From: an uncultured Clostridia bacterium
Lineage (GTDB): Bacteria > Bacillota > Clostridia > Christensenellales > UBA3700
Direction of reading: 5' to 3'
DNA length: 64,000 nucleotides
NCBI GenBank assembly: GCA_945872615.1
Contig: CAMBZZ010000001.1
Location: forward strand, 90,701-154,700
Positions 55,046 to 63,370 of the stretch are shown piece after piece. Position 1 is the stretch's first letter. Each line of letters begins with the position of its first letter. Position numbers and translations under genes: made by a program. The notes under the pieces were generated by a model, which was not told where the DNA came from, searched no databases, and saw nothing but the letters and a program-made list of their open reading frames with translations.

Positions 55046-55399
55046 TTAGGAATTCTTTTTTGCAGTTGTAATGGAGGAAATTAAAAGTTTTCTTATTTTG
55101 CTACATTTGGCAAATAGGTCAGTATATTCAGTTTCTTCAAGGATGTTTGCTTTCATGAATACATCGAGCCAATATTCGGTTTCGTAACATTCTTTTAAGG
55201 CTATTTGAAACTTGTTAATAAAGTCTGCTTTGCTAGAAGCATAGTTTGCTTCATGTATATTAGCTCCGATGCTTGTACCACTACGAAGCAACTGATTGAC
55301 AATCGCTACCGCTTGTTTTCTATCTTTGAGGCTATCGCAAATAGCTATTATATTTACCGCAAAAGCTTTGGAAAGCAACACTAATTGATTATCTTTCAT
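55046..55399 (-). CDS. Four-helix-bundle protein (23S rRNA intervening-sequence protein family, TIGR02436-like)
   Basis: 117 aa from the ATG at 55399 (AGGAGA RBS), with the motif QLLRSGTSIGANIHEA...E..YWL. Confidence 0.75.
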   Translation of the reverse strand: MKDNQLVLLSKAFAVNIIAICDSLKDRKQAVAIVNQLLRSGTSIGANIHEANYASSKADFINKFQIALKECYETEYWLDVFMKANILEETEYTDLFAKCSKIRKLLISSITTAKKNS

Positions 55400-55411
55400 T
55401 TTTTCTCCTAA

Positions 55412-55573
55412 TTGCATGAATTGACGGCGTTGCCTTCATGAATTTGCTTCGCCATGATTTCTCGCTTCGCTCCATGAATTAAATTGCTCCTTAATGCACC
55501 GTTGGTGCAATTCATGCCGTTAGGCAATTTATGCAACCTGTTGCAATTCATGCTTTGCAAGGAGCAATTCATA
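55412..55573. repeat. Array of eight CATGAATT / AATTCATG half-sites (4 forward, then 4 inverted)
   Basis: Forward copies at 55415, 55437, 55453 (variant) and 55473. Inverted copies at 55509, 55526 (variant), 55545 and 55566 (variant). Spacing is 16-22 nt. The array fills the gap between rumA-like and the four-helix-bundle gene. Confidence 0.8.
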
Positions 55574-56945
55574 CTCTCGTCAATTTGACGAGAGTCTCGA
55601 CGTGTCCCGTCATCGGGAACATATCGTACGGCTGAACGAAATCTACGCAATACTTAGGTAGTAACATCGCCATATCGCGAGCGAGGGTGGCGGGATTGCA
55701 AGAAACGTAGATTATTTGTTTAGGACGAGCTTGCAGTAAACAGTCGATGACCTCGGGCGAGCAACCTTTGCGCGGCGGGTCGACGACGACTATTCCGTCG
55801 GACAGTTTGTCTGCCGAATATTTGGCGATTTGCTTAGGTAGTTCCACCGTCACGTCTCCGCAAACGTTGGTTATCTTGTCTTGATTGCCGTTGAGCTTAG
55901 CTAGCGTATCGGCGTTGCGGACGGCGTCGGGTACTATCTCTATACCCACCACCTTATCGGCGTACTTGGCAAATATGTTGCTCATTACGCCCACACCGCT
56001 GAATAGGTCAAAGACTACGCTATGACTGCTCTTAGATATTATTTCGCCGACTTTAGAATAAATCATATCTCGCACGCCGTCGTTGATTTGCATAAAGGAC
56101 AACGGCGACACCCCTACCTTGACCCCCAGTATCTCGTCAAACAACGTATCTCGTCCGTAGAGCGTCTTGATGCACTTGCCGTAGATGACGTTGGTGCGGT
56201 CGGTATTGATAGACAAATATAGCGAAAAACTCAAACCGTGTGCCACAAAATCGTCAATTAAGCTATTATGATTAGGAAGCTTGTTGCCGTTGACAACGAC
56301 GACTATAGCAAAGGAATTGCCTACCTTTCTTACGCAAAAATGTCTGAGGAGTCCGCGATGAGAAGTTTCGTCGTACACCGAAAGGTCGTTGCGATTTGCC
56401 CATTCCAAAAAGACGTCTATCACCTCTTGCATTGCTCTATCGTGGAGCGGACAATCGCCTAAAGTACCGTCCTCCACCTTGCCAAGAGGCACGACCTTGT
56501 GTGTACCGTTCCTAAAGTAACCTACCGCAATCTTGCCGTCTACCAAGGTGATAGGCAGTTGGACTTTGTTGCGATAACCCCACTTAGATGGAGAAGCAAT
56601 CGTCGGCAAAACCGGTATGTCTTGACGGCATTGTTTGCGAATACAATCGGCTACTCTATTGGTCTTGATTGCTAGCTGATGAGCGTAGTCGATGTGTTGC
56701 ATTTCGCAACCGCCACATCCAAAATAGATAGGGCAAAGCGGTGCTACCCTAAGAGGTGAGGGCTGAAGCATTTTGATAACTTTGGCGGTGGCAAAAGCCT
56801 TTTTGTCCTCTGTTATTTGCACTTTGACCTGCTCTCCCTCAAGCGTCATGGGCACGAAAACCACCTTGCCGTCCACCTTGGCAACGCCCTCTCCATTCAT
56901 ACCCGTGCCGACTATCTCGACTTGCAATATATCTCCCTTGTTCAT
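55569..56945 (-). CDS. 23S rRNA (uracil-5-)-methyltransferase RumA/RlmD family
   Basis: 458 aa with an N-terminal TRAM domain, a Cys cluster (CPIYFGCGGC) and a C-terminal SAM MTase with a catalytic Cys region (YVSCNPATLARD). Confidence 0.85.
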   Translation of the reverse strand: MNKGDILQVEIVGTGMNGEGVAKVDGKVVFVPMTLEGEQVKVQITEDKKAFATAKVIKMLQPSPLRVAPLCPIYFGCGGCEMQHIDYAHQLAIKTNRVADCIRKQCRQDIPVLPTIASPSKWGYRNKVQLPITLVDGKIAVGYFRNGTHKVVPLGKVEDGTLGDCPLHDRAMQEVIDVFLEWANRNDLSVYDETSHRGLLRHFCVRKVGNSFAIVVVVNGNKLPNHNSLIDDFVAHGLSFSLYLSINTDRTNVIYGKCIKTLYGRDTLFDEILGVKVGVSPLSFMQINDGVRDMIYSKVGEIISKSSHSVVFDLFSGVGVMSNIFAKYADKVVGIEIVPDAVRNADTLAKLNGNQDKITNVCGDVTVELPKQIAKYSADKLSDGIVVVDPPRKGCSPEVIDCLLQARPKQIIYVSCNPATLARDMAMLLPKYCVDFVQPYDMFPMTGHVETLVKLTRV

Positions 56946-57031
56946 AGTATTATCATAACATTTTGGAGGGCAAAATACAATAAAAACGAATAATTATCAC
57001 CGCCTTTAACAAAATAAAAAGGGAGGGATAT

Positions 57032-57175
57032 ATGAAAAAACGCGGAACGCCCGCAAGACGTAGGGCAAGACAAAAGGATATTGACGATATGGCTATGAGC
57101 CTAAAAGACGAGGCAAACGATATATATCAATTTGAAAGAGACATAGCAGACTTTATCACTCATCCAAAAAAATAA
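57032..57175 (+). CDS. Small basic hypothetical protein (47 aa), not in the ORF track
   Basis: GGGAGGG RBS at 57021-57027. The product is MKKRGTPARRRARQKDIDDMAMSLKDEANDIYQFERDIADFITHPKK. A terminator hairpin follows immediately. Confidence 0.4.
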   Translation: MKKRGTPARRRARQKDIDDMAMSLKDEANDIYQFERDIADFITHPKK

Positions 57176-57198
57176 GTGGCTACGAGCCACTTTTTTAT
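57166..57198. terminator. Bidirectional intrinsic terminator
   Basis: Stem AAGTGGC/GCCACTT with a 5-nt loop, flanked by an A-run and a T-run. Lies between convergent genes. Confidence 0.7.
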
Positions 57199-57222
57199 TG
57201 CTTGTTTGTCCAAAATATTCTT

Positions 57223-57429
57223 TCAATATTCCTTCAGTCCCAACAGATAATCGCTGGACACGTCCAATGCAATCGCTATGTCGACTATCGTTTGCATAGG
57301 CGGTTCGTTGTGGTCGTTGAGCCATTCGCAAAGCGTAGACGTCTGCACTCGCAACTGCGCCGCCAGTTGTTTTTGGGTCATTCCTTTGTCTTTGAGCGTT
57401 TGCTTTACCCTTTCTCCGAATATTTGCAT
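57223..57429 (-). CDS. XRE-family HTH regulator (68 aa; possibly leaderless)
   Basis: MQIFGERVKQTLKDKGMTQKQLAAQLRVQTSTLCEWLN is a classic HTH_3 motif. There is no SD. TATAAT lies 6 nt upstream of this ATG on the minus strand. An alternative ATG is at 57435. Confidence 0.75.
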   Translation of the reverse strand: MQIFGERVKQTLKDKGMTQKQLAAQLRVQTSTLCEWLNDHNEPPMQTIVDIAIALDVSSDYLLGLKEY

Positions 57430-57462
57430 ATTCATATTATATAAATTATTGTTGCCATAATA

Positions 57463-57491
57463 TTGACAATTCATAAAATATGAATTATAAT
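57463..57491 (+). promoter_or_regulatory. Consensus sigma-70 promoter with a palindromic operator in the spacer
   Basis: TTGACA (57463-57468), then a 17-nt spacer that is itself ATTCATaaaatATGAAT (57469-57485), then TATAAT (57486-57491). Confidence 0.65.
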
Positions 57492-57519
57492 AAGCTTACT
57501 AAACATTGGGAGGATAATT

Positions 57520-57843
57520 ATGAAGTATTGTCAGCATTGTGGAGCTCCGATAAACGATAATGCGGAAATTTGCACGAAATGTGGTTGTAGAGTAAAAAAT
57601 AGTATAGAAGAAAACCTTAAGGGTAGTTTTGCTTTGGGCTTTTTAGCTAGTTTTTTCTTTGGCATTATTGGTTTGATTATCGGGCTTATTTGCGGTGGAA
57701 AAACTAAAAACGGCGCTGTAAAAGGCTTTATCGTTTCAATCATCTTGTCAATCATCGTTGTAGTATTATACTTTGTCGTAATTGCCGGAATGGTCGATTA
57801 CGGAGAACTATGGGCAATGGCAAATAGTATAATTGCTTTATAA
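57520..57843 (+). CDS. Zinc-ribbon membrane protein
   Basis: 107 aa with a GGGAGGA RBS. The N-terminal ribbon is CQHCG...CTKCG, followed by two TM helices. Confidence 0.7.
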   Translation: MKYCQHCGAPINDNAEICTKCGCRVKNSIEENLKGSFALGFLASFFFGIIGLIIGLICGGKTKNGAVKGFIVSIILSIIVVVLYFVVIAGMVDYGELWAMANSIIAL

Positions 57844-57876
57844 AAAAAGAGAGGGATTCCTCTCTTATTTTGTTTT
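57844..57876. terminator. Bidirectional intrinsic terminator
   Basis: Stem AAGAGAGG/CCTCTCTT with a 4-nt loop, an A-run upstream and a T-rich tract downstream. Confidence 0.75.
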
Positions 57877-57893
57877 GATTAATAGCGAATCTT

Positions 57894-58286
57894 TTATAAA
57901 TTAAACGCTAGAGGAAAAAGGTCGCTGAGATTGCCCTCTATCTTGTCGCCCTTGACGTTGAGCGCGACGATATACAAGTCGGAAAACTCGCTGAGCACCT
58001 GCCTACATATCCCGCAAGGTACGGGTATGCTCGCTCCGTTGGAAACGAGTACGATCGTACTAAACTTTCTCTCGCCTTCGCTGACTGCTTTGCCGAGTGC
58101 AACTCTTTCGGCACAAAGCGTTGCACCGTAACTTGCGTTTTCAATATTGCAACCCGTATATTCTTTGCCGCTCTCGGTGACGAGCACGCAACCCACGGCG
58201 AAGCGAGAGTACGGACAATAGGCATTATCCATTGCGCTCTTTGCCTTGTCTATCAAAGTTTGGGGGTCTTTTTCCATATTCTGCAA
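57894..58286 (-). CDS. cdd: Cytidine deaminase
   Basis: 130 aa with the CAER and PCGICRQ zinc-binding motifs. Confidence 0.9.
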   Translation of the reverse strand: MQNMEKDPQTLIDKAKSAMDNAYCPYSRFAVGCVLVTESGKEYTGCNIENASYGATLCAERVALGKAVSEGERKFSTIVLVSNGASIPVPCGICRQVLSEFSDLYIVALNVKGDKIEGNLSDLFPLAFNL

Positions 58287-58305
58287 TTCTCCTTATTGTC
58301 TAAAA

Positions 58306-59172
58306 TTAAACTCCTTGCAAGTCAAAGTCGGGGGTGTACTCGGCGTCGGCACTACTTAGGTCTTGTATCAACACGTTGCCAAGCCCGAGTTTTTCGGCTT
58401 TGGATATAGCAAGCTTGTATTCTATAGGCTTGAGTTTTCGGCTCACTTCCTCGTACTTGCCACTGTCACCACAAGGGTAATATTGCCCCATAAGCGAAAT
58501 GTAATGACTGCTATCGAGATTGTCCTTGAGCCACTCAAGTACTCCGTAAGTGTTGGGCAGACTATTAGGCAAAACGAGGTGCCTAACACACATGCCCTTG
58601 CGCATAATACCGTCTTCGATTAAGCTCCTGCCCACCTGTCTCTGCATAATATCTATCGCCTTGCTTGCAACCTCGAAGTAGTCGGGAGCTTTGCTGTATC
58701 TAAGTGCTAAATTATTGTCGCTATATTTGAAGTCGGGAAGGTAAATATCCACCAAACCGTCTAGCATATTGAGCGTATCCTCGCTCTCGTAACCACCGCA
58801 GTTGTAGACGATAGGTATCTTTGGGCGATATATATTGAACGCCTCGACTATTTGTCTGACAAAGTGCGTGCCCGTGACGAGATTGATATTGTGTACTCCG
58901 CTACCCTCTAATTCGGCGAAGATCTCCGCCAAACGGTGAACGTCTATATCCTTGCCAAAGCCACGCGATACGGAATAGTTTTGACAAAAAACACACCTCA
59001 AGTTGCAACCGCTGAAAAAGATCGTTCCGCTACCTTGGTGTCCGCTGATAAAGGGCTCTTCCCAAAAGTGCTTTTGCACTTTGGCAACTCTCAACCCCTC
59101 GCCCATTCCGCAAAATCCGACCACTTGACTACGGTCTACTCCGCAACGCCTCGGACAAATATCACAGCGCAT
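58306..59172 (-). CDS. Radical SAM protein, PflX-like (COG1313-type, pyruvate formate-lyase-activase homolog)
   Basis: 288 aa with an N-terminal CDICPRRC and the radical SAM CNLRCVFCQN motif. Confidence 0.7.
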   Translation of the reverse strand: MRCDICPRRCGVDRSQVVGFCGMGEGLRVAKVQKHFWEEPFISGHQGSGTIFFSGCNLRCVFCQNYSVSRGFGKDIDVHRLAEIFAELEGSGVHNINLVTGTHFVRQIVEAFNIYRPKIPIVYNCGGYESEDTLNMLDGLVDIYLPDFKYSDNNLALRYSKAPDYFEVASKAIDIMQRQVGRSLIEDGIMRKGMCVRHLVLPNSLPNTYGVLEWLKDNLDSSHYISLMGQYYPCGDSGKYEEVSRKLKPIEYKLAISKAEKLGLGNVLIQDLSSADAEYTPDFDLQGV

Positions 59173-60028
59173 ACACTTGCTCCACCACGTGGTCGGCGAT
59201 ATATTCCGCCATATCTATCGCACCGACACAATATAGCGTGCCGAAGTGCGCCGAAGTATTGAGTTCGCACACCACCAAGCCGCCCTGTCCGTATATGAGG
59301 TCTACGCCAACGTAGTCCGCCCCAACCGCCTTTGCCGCCGCCTCGGCAAGCGTCGCCATCTCTTGAGTGAGATTGATACACTCCATTCTTCCGCCTTGCT
59401 CCACGTTGGAGCGGAAGTCGTGTTCGTTACTACGCTGAACGGCGCAAATAGCCTTGCCACCCACGACGAACACCCTTACGTCCTTGCCGAAACTCTCGGA
59501 TAGATATTGTTGCAGAATTGCCGTTTCGTGCACCGACGACATGATATTTTGGGCTTCAAAGAGGTCTTTGGCAAGGAAAACTCCCATTCCGTAAGACGAC
59601 CTCGATAGCTTGATGACCATTGGAAAACCAAGTTTTTCGCCCGCCTTGGCAACAAAATCCATATTATCGTAGCCGATATTGGGATAAGTCATAGGCGCGA
59701 TTATCGTCTTGGGACATTGAACACCGTGCGCGCTGAGAGCTAGGTGCATACTCGCTTTGTCGTCACAAATCTCTATACAACTTGCGCTGTCAAATAGGCG
59801 CACGCCTTGCATCTCCAAGCTCTTGGCAAGCATAATGTCCTTGTCCCACATAAGCGCAAAATCGGGCTTGTCCGCCATGCTTTCGCCCGTGACGTCAAGA
59901 CAAAATTCGTCGTTGCGTCTTATTATAAGTTGCACTCCCCTCTTGGAAAAAGCCTTGATAAGCATATCGTACTGTTCCAATAGCTTTGGAGTAGAAAAAT
60001 ATCTATTAACTATCAAATATCCCGTCAT
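59162..60028 (-). CDS. ATP-grasp ligase, RimK family
   Basis: 288 aa with an ATP-grasp layout (MVIKLSRSSYGMGV, QQYL, DVRVFVVGGK, GVDLIY...CELN). Its 3' end overlaps the radical SAM gene by 11 nt. Confidence 0.7.
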   Translation of the reverse strand: MTGYLIVNRYFSTPKLLEQYDMLIKAFSKRGVQLIIRRNDEFCLDVTGESMADKPDFALMWDKDIMLAKSLEMQGVRLFDSASCIEICDDKASMHLALSAHGVQCPKTIIAPMTYPNIGYDNMDFVAKAGEKLGFPMVIKLSRSSYGMGVFLAKDLFEAQNIMSSVHETAILQQYLSESFGKDVRVFVVGGKAICAVQRSNEHDFRSNVEQGGRMECINLTQEMATLAEAAAKAVGADYVGVDLIYGQGGLVVCELNTSAHFGTLYCVGAIDMAEYIADHVVEQVYAL

Positions 60029-60037
60029 ATCCTACCT

Positions 60038-60070
60038 ACAAAATAAGCGACCGCGGTCGCTTATTTTTTC
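60038..60070. terminator. Bidirectional intrinsic terminator
   Basis: AATAAGCGACC/GGTCGCTTATT stem flanked by A/T runs. The stem sequence is the same as in the terminator at 43153-43187. Confidence 0.7.
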
Positions 60071-60079
60071 TTTTGTCTC

Positions 60080-60568
60080 TTATTTTTTGCGTTTTTTGCA
60101 TACGGGCTGTCCAAAAACCTCGCCCAAAACTATGCTCTTAGCGAGCTTTTTGTACTTGTCCTCGCCCAATATCTCAACCGCTATGCTCTTGTGCTTGACG
60201 TTGCAGTCTTGCTCGTGTCTATCTTGCATCTCCTTGTCGTAGTCCTTGGTCTTGGACTTGAGCGTAGGTTGCATTACGGTGAGATTGGTTTGATGCTGAG
60301 CCGTGGAGGTCGACTTGTTCGCCGTTGCATTATTTGTGCTTTTGGTCTTTTTGTTTGGTTGGCTCGACTTGGCGGGCTTAGCAACCTTGCGAGGTGCCAC
60401 GTTGCTATATTCTAACCCGAACACATCGTTTTGATTCTCTCCCGCTACGCTTGGTCGCGTAGGCTCGTTGCCGTTTCTTCTTTTGGCTTTGACCTTGGAC
60501 TGTACAATGCTAACCCCGACGAACAAAATCGTCAGAAGCATTAGCATTGCAATCGAATATCCTGCCAT
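60080..60568 (-). CDS. Membrane-anchored low-complexity protein in the YqfB position
   Basis: 162 aa with an N-terminal TM helix and a Lys/Ser/Thr/Asn-rich region. The start overlaps the floA stop. The call rests on synteny with nfeD-floA-yqfB only. Confidence 0.5.
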   Translation of the reverse strand: MAGYSIAMLMLLTILFVGVSIVQSKVKAKRRNGNEPTRPSVAGENQNDVFGLEYSNVAPRKVAKPAKSSQPNKKTKSTNNATANKSTSTAQHQTNLTVMQPTLKSKTKDYDKEMQDRHEQDCNVKHKSIAVEILGEDKYKKLAKSIVLGEVFGQPVCKKRKK

Positions 60569-61584
60569 TATTCTTTGTCTCCGTCGGCATTGCCGCTAAT
60601 TGCGTTGCGCATTGCCGTATCGGATTGCAAGTTTTGAAGATTGTAGTAGTCCATTACTCCGAGTTTGCCCTCGCTGAGCGCCTTTGCCATTGCCTTAGGC
60701 ACTTCGGCTTCCGCCTCGATAACCAACGCTTTCATCTCTTGAGTTTTGGCTCTCATCTCTTGCTCCAAAGCCACAGCCATGGCTCTACGCTCTTCGGCTT
60801 TAGCCTCAGCAATCCTCTTGTCGGCTTCGGCTTGGTCCATCTGCAACTGTGCACCGATGTTTCTGCCTACGTCGATGTCTGCTATATCGATAGATAAAAT
60901 CTCGTAAGCGGTACCGCTGTCAAGTCCTTTGCCAAGCACCGTCTTGGAGATAAGGTCCGGATTCTCGAGCACTTCTTTGTGCGAGCCCGCGCTACCTACC
61001 GTGGTAACGATACCTTCACCGATACGGGCAATAATCGTATCTTCGCCCGCACCACCGATAAGACGGGTGATGTTGGCTCTTACCGTAACTCTTGCTTTTA
61101 CTCTAAGTTCGATACCGTCCTTGGCGATTGCCGCTATAGCAGGCGTCTCGATGACCTTAGGGTTGACCGACACCTTGACTGCGTTGAGTACGTCACGACC
61201 CGCAAGGTCTATGGCGCGCGCCGTCTCCGGCTCGAGTACTATGTTGGCGCTGTGAGCGCTGATGAGTGCATTGACGACCTTGGTTACGTCACCCTTAGCG
61301 AGCACGTGGCTCTCCAATTCGTTGATAGACAAATCAAGTCCTGCCTTTTTGGCTGAGATAAAGGCGTCTACAACTTGGTTGACCTTGATACCTCTCCACT
61401 TCATACCGATAAGTCTTGCCATTGATATTTTGACGCCCGATACCAACGCCCTAAACCAAATACGGATAGGCAATACCGTAAACACTATGGCGATAAGAAT
61501 CAACAGCACTACTACCGCGATTACTATACCGACGATTGATCCCGCGTCAAGCGGCGCACACAAAAGTGTCATAATAAAATCCAT
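60568..61584 (-). CDS. floA: Flotillin-like protein FloA (UPF0365/YqfA)
   Basis: 338 aa with an N-terminal TM helix and an SPFH core. The motifs [14 protein letters not shown] and [10 protein letters not shown] are typical of FloA. Confidence 0.85.
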   Translation of the reverse strand: MDFIMTLLCAPLDAGSIVGIVIAVVVLLILIAIVFTVLPIRIWFRALVSGVKISMARLIGMKWRGIKVNQVVDAFISAKKAGLDLSINELESHVLAKGDVTKVVNALISAHSANIVLEPETARAIDLAGRDVLNAVKVSVNPKVIETPAIAAIAKDGIELRVKARVTVRANITRLIGGAGEDTIIARIGEGIVTTVGSAGSHKEVLENPDLISKTVLGKGLDSGTAYEILSIDIADIDVGRNIGAQLQMDQAEADKRIAEAKAEERRAMAVALEQEMRAKTQEMKALVIEAEAEVPKAMAKALSEGKLGVMDYYNLQNLQSDTAMRNAISGNADGDKE

Positions 61585-62153
61585 TATTCCGTCTCCTTGT
61601 TTTTGTATTCTCTAACTACGATTCTCACGCCCTCTACCTCGATGACCTCCACAAGTTGGTCTTTGTCAATAAAGTCGGCTTGAGAAACGACGTCGTACTT
61701 TTTGCCTTCTATCTCCACCGTGCCGCTAGGTCTGAGTGCGGTAAGAGTGGTGCCTCTTTGTCCTATCAAAAAGCTAAAATCGCTAGTGCCTTTGCTGTAA
61801 TCTTTGGACACCGCAGTGCCGTTTTCGACAAAAGCCGTGCGAGACAGCCAACCCATCTTGATAGAAATAAGCATAATCGCCAGCGCTATCAGTAGTATCA
61901 GCGCCACGACGCCCACCATAACTATCAACTGTATGATAGGATTGCCCGCTCCGCTATAATACATTCTTACGGCGATGCCCACCGCTACCAGTATGCCGCC
62001 GCAAATGCCGAAAAAGCCGAATCCCGGTTGGAATATCTCAACAATAATAAATATCAGACCCAAAATAATGCAAATGGCAGGTATCCACCCTATCTCGGTA
62101 AAAACCAAAGCCACTTCTTGCCAAAAGGTCAAACCTTGCGCTAAAATAGCCAT
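61584..62153 (-). CDS. nfeD: NfeD-family membrane protein
   Basis: 189 aa with about four TM helices and a C-terminal OB-like segment ([18 protein letters not shown]). Lies upstream of floA, with start/stop overlap. Confidence 0.8.
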   Translation of the reverse strand: MAILAQGLTFWQEVALVFTEIGWIPAICIILGLIFIIVEIFQPGFGFFGICGGILVAVGIAVRMYYSGAGNPIIQLIVMVGVVALILLIALAIMLISIKMGWLSRTAFVENGTAVSKDYSKGTSDFSFLIGQRGTTLTALRPSGTVEIEGKKYDVVSQADFIDKDQLVEVIEVEGVRIVVREYKNKETE

Positions 62154-62191
62154 TTTGTCCTCCTTTGAAAGTCCCTATCTTATATTATTAT

Positions 62192-62220
62192 ATTTTACAC
62201 TATAATAATACCCTTGTCAA
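62192..62220 (-). promoter_or_regulatory. Candidate promoter of the nfeD-floA operon
   Basis: Minus strand reads TTGACA (62220-62215), a 17-nt spacer, then TAAAAT (62197-62192). Confidence 0.5.
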
Positions 62221-62365
62221 TATTAGTAAGAAAACTTACGATTACCCTTGGCTTTTTATTCGGTTATCGGCTTACGCTTACTTAAGATTTTGCGCGCACC
62301 GTAGCTTTTTAGCAGCACCGAATTATTTATTGCAATCGACGAGCCCCGAAAGCCAATATGGTTGA

Positions 62366-62419
62366 CGAAAAAAATAATACGGCGGAGCAAAAGTTTGTAT
62401 ATTAATTTTGCTCCGCCGT
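62366..62419 (-). terminator. Intrinsic terminator after the nanA-like gene
   Basis: 14-bp stem ACGGCGGAGCAAAA/TTTTGCTCCGCCGT. A T-run follows on the minus strand. Confidence 0.75.
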
Positions 62420-62450
62420 GATAAGGTCTGTTGCCGAATAATAAATAATT

Positions 62451-63323
62451 TTATTTGAGCATCTCTACGATACGCTTGCAAGCGGCTTTTCCCTCTTGAC
62501 TAAGCGGCAAGAAAGGGCGTCTGCATTCTCCCATATCGATACCCATCTCGGTAAGTACGCCCTTCTCCATTGCAAAGACGCCGTATTTGATGAGCATACC
62601 GATAATCTCGTTGACCTCGGTTTGGGTACTCTGCGCCTTGGCGATATTGCCCGCCTTAAATTCGTTGTAGATTGCGATAAACTTCTCCGCCATAAAATTG
62701 TAGGTAGAGCCGATACCACCGTCCGCGCCCATTGACAAGCCCGCTACGAACATTTCGTCAAAGCCGTTGTAGACGATTGGCTTGCACGCCATGGTCTTGA
62801 ACTGTTGCAGCAAGTAAAGGTCGGAATTGGTGTGCTTGATTGCGATAAACTTAGGATTGGCAAACATATCTTCCGCAAGCGCTTTGGTAAAGTTGAAGCC
62901 GTTGGCGTTGGGGAAATTGTACATAATCATTGGTATCTCTACACTATTAGCAATAGCGTAGTAGTGCTCCTTGATTGCTTGATAACTGAAGCCGTAATAA
63001 AAAGGCGCAACTGCAGATATTGCATCGAAACCTACGCTCTCGGCGTACTTTGCCATCTCGATTGCTTGGTCGGTGGCTATCGTACCTACGTGCGCAATGA
63101 GAGTTACTCTACCCTTGTTGACGTCGGCAACTATTTTGAAAAGTTGTTTGCGTTCCTCTATCGTAAGCAACAAGCCCTCGCCCGTCGAGCCCGCAACGTA
63201 AAAGCCGTTGACGCCTTTGGCTATGTTGAGTTCCATAAGTTTTGCTACCGAATCGGCGTTGATCTTGCCGTCTTTGTCAAACGGCGTCAACAATGCGGGG
63301 AATATCCCTTTGAATTTGTCCAT
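62451..63323 (-). CDS. nanA: N-acetylneuraminate lyase / DHDPS-family aldolase
   Basis: 290 aa from the ATG at 63323 (GGAGAA RBS). GSTGE and IKHT (Schiff-base Lys region) motifs are present. It neighbours a ROK kinase. The upstream 60 codons in the ORF track are rejected. Confidence 0.7.
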   Translation of the reverse strand: MDKFKGIFPALLTPFDKDGKINADSVAKLMELNIAKGVNGFYVAGSTGEGLLLTIEERKQLFKIVADVNKGRVTLIAHVGTIATDQAIEMAKYAESVGFDAISAVAPFYYGFSYQAIKEHYYAIANSVEIPMIMYNFPNANGFNFTKALAEDMFANPKFIAIKHTNSDLYLLQQFKTMACKPIVYNGFDEMFVAGLSMGADGGIGSTYNFMAEKFIAIYNEFKAGNIAKAQSTQTEVNEIIGMLIKYGVFAMEKGVLTEMGIDMGECRRPFLPLSQEGKAACKRIVEMLK

Positions 63324-63370
63324 ATTGTTCTCCTTGTAAAAAATGTTGATACGTATTGATTTTTTGCTAT

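Noticed and set aside
55046-55399. Four-helix-bundle protein as the Avd component of a diversity-generating retroelement
   Set aside because: There is no reverse transcriptase and no template/variable repeat pair nearby. The flanking repeats are short octamer arrays, not TR/VR.
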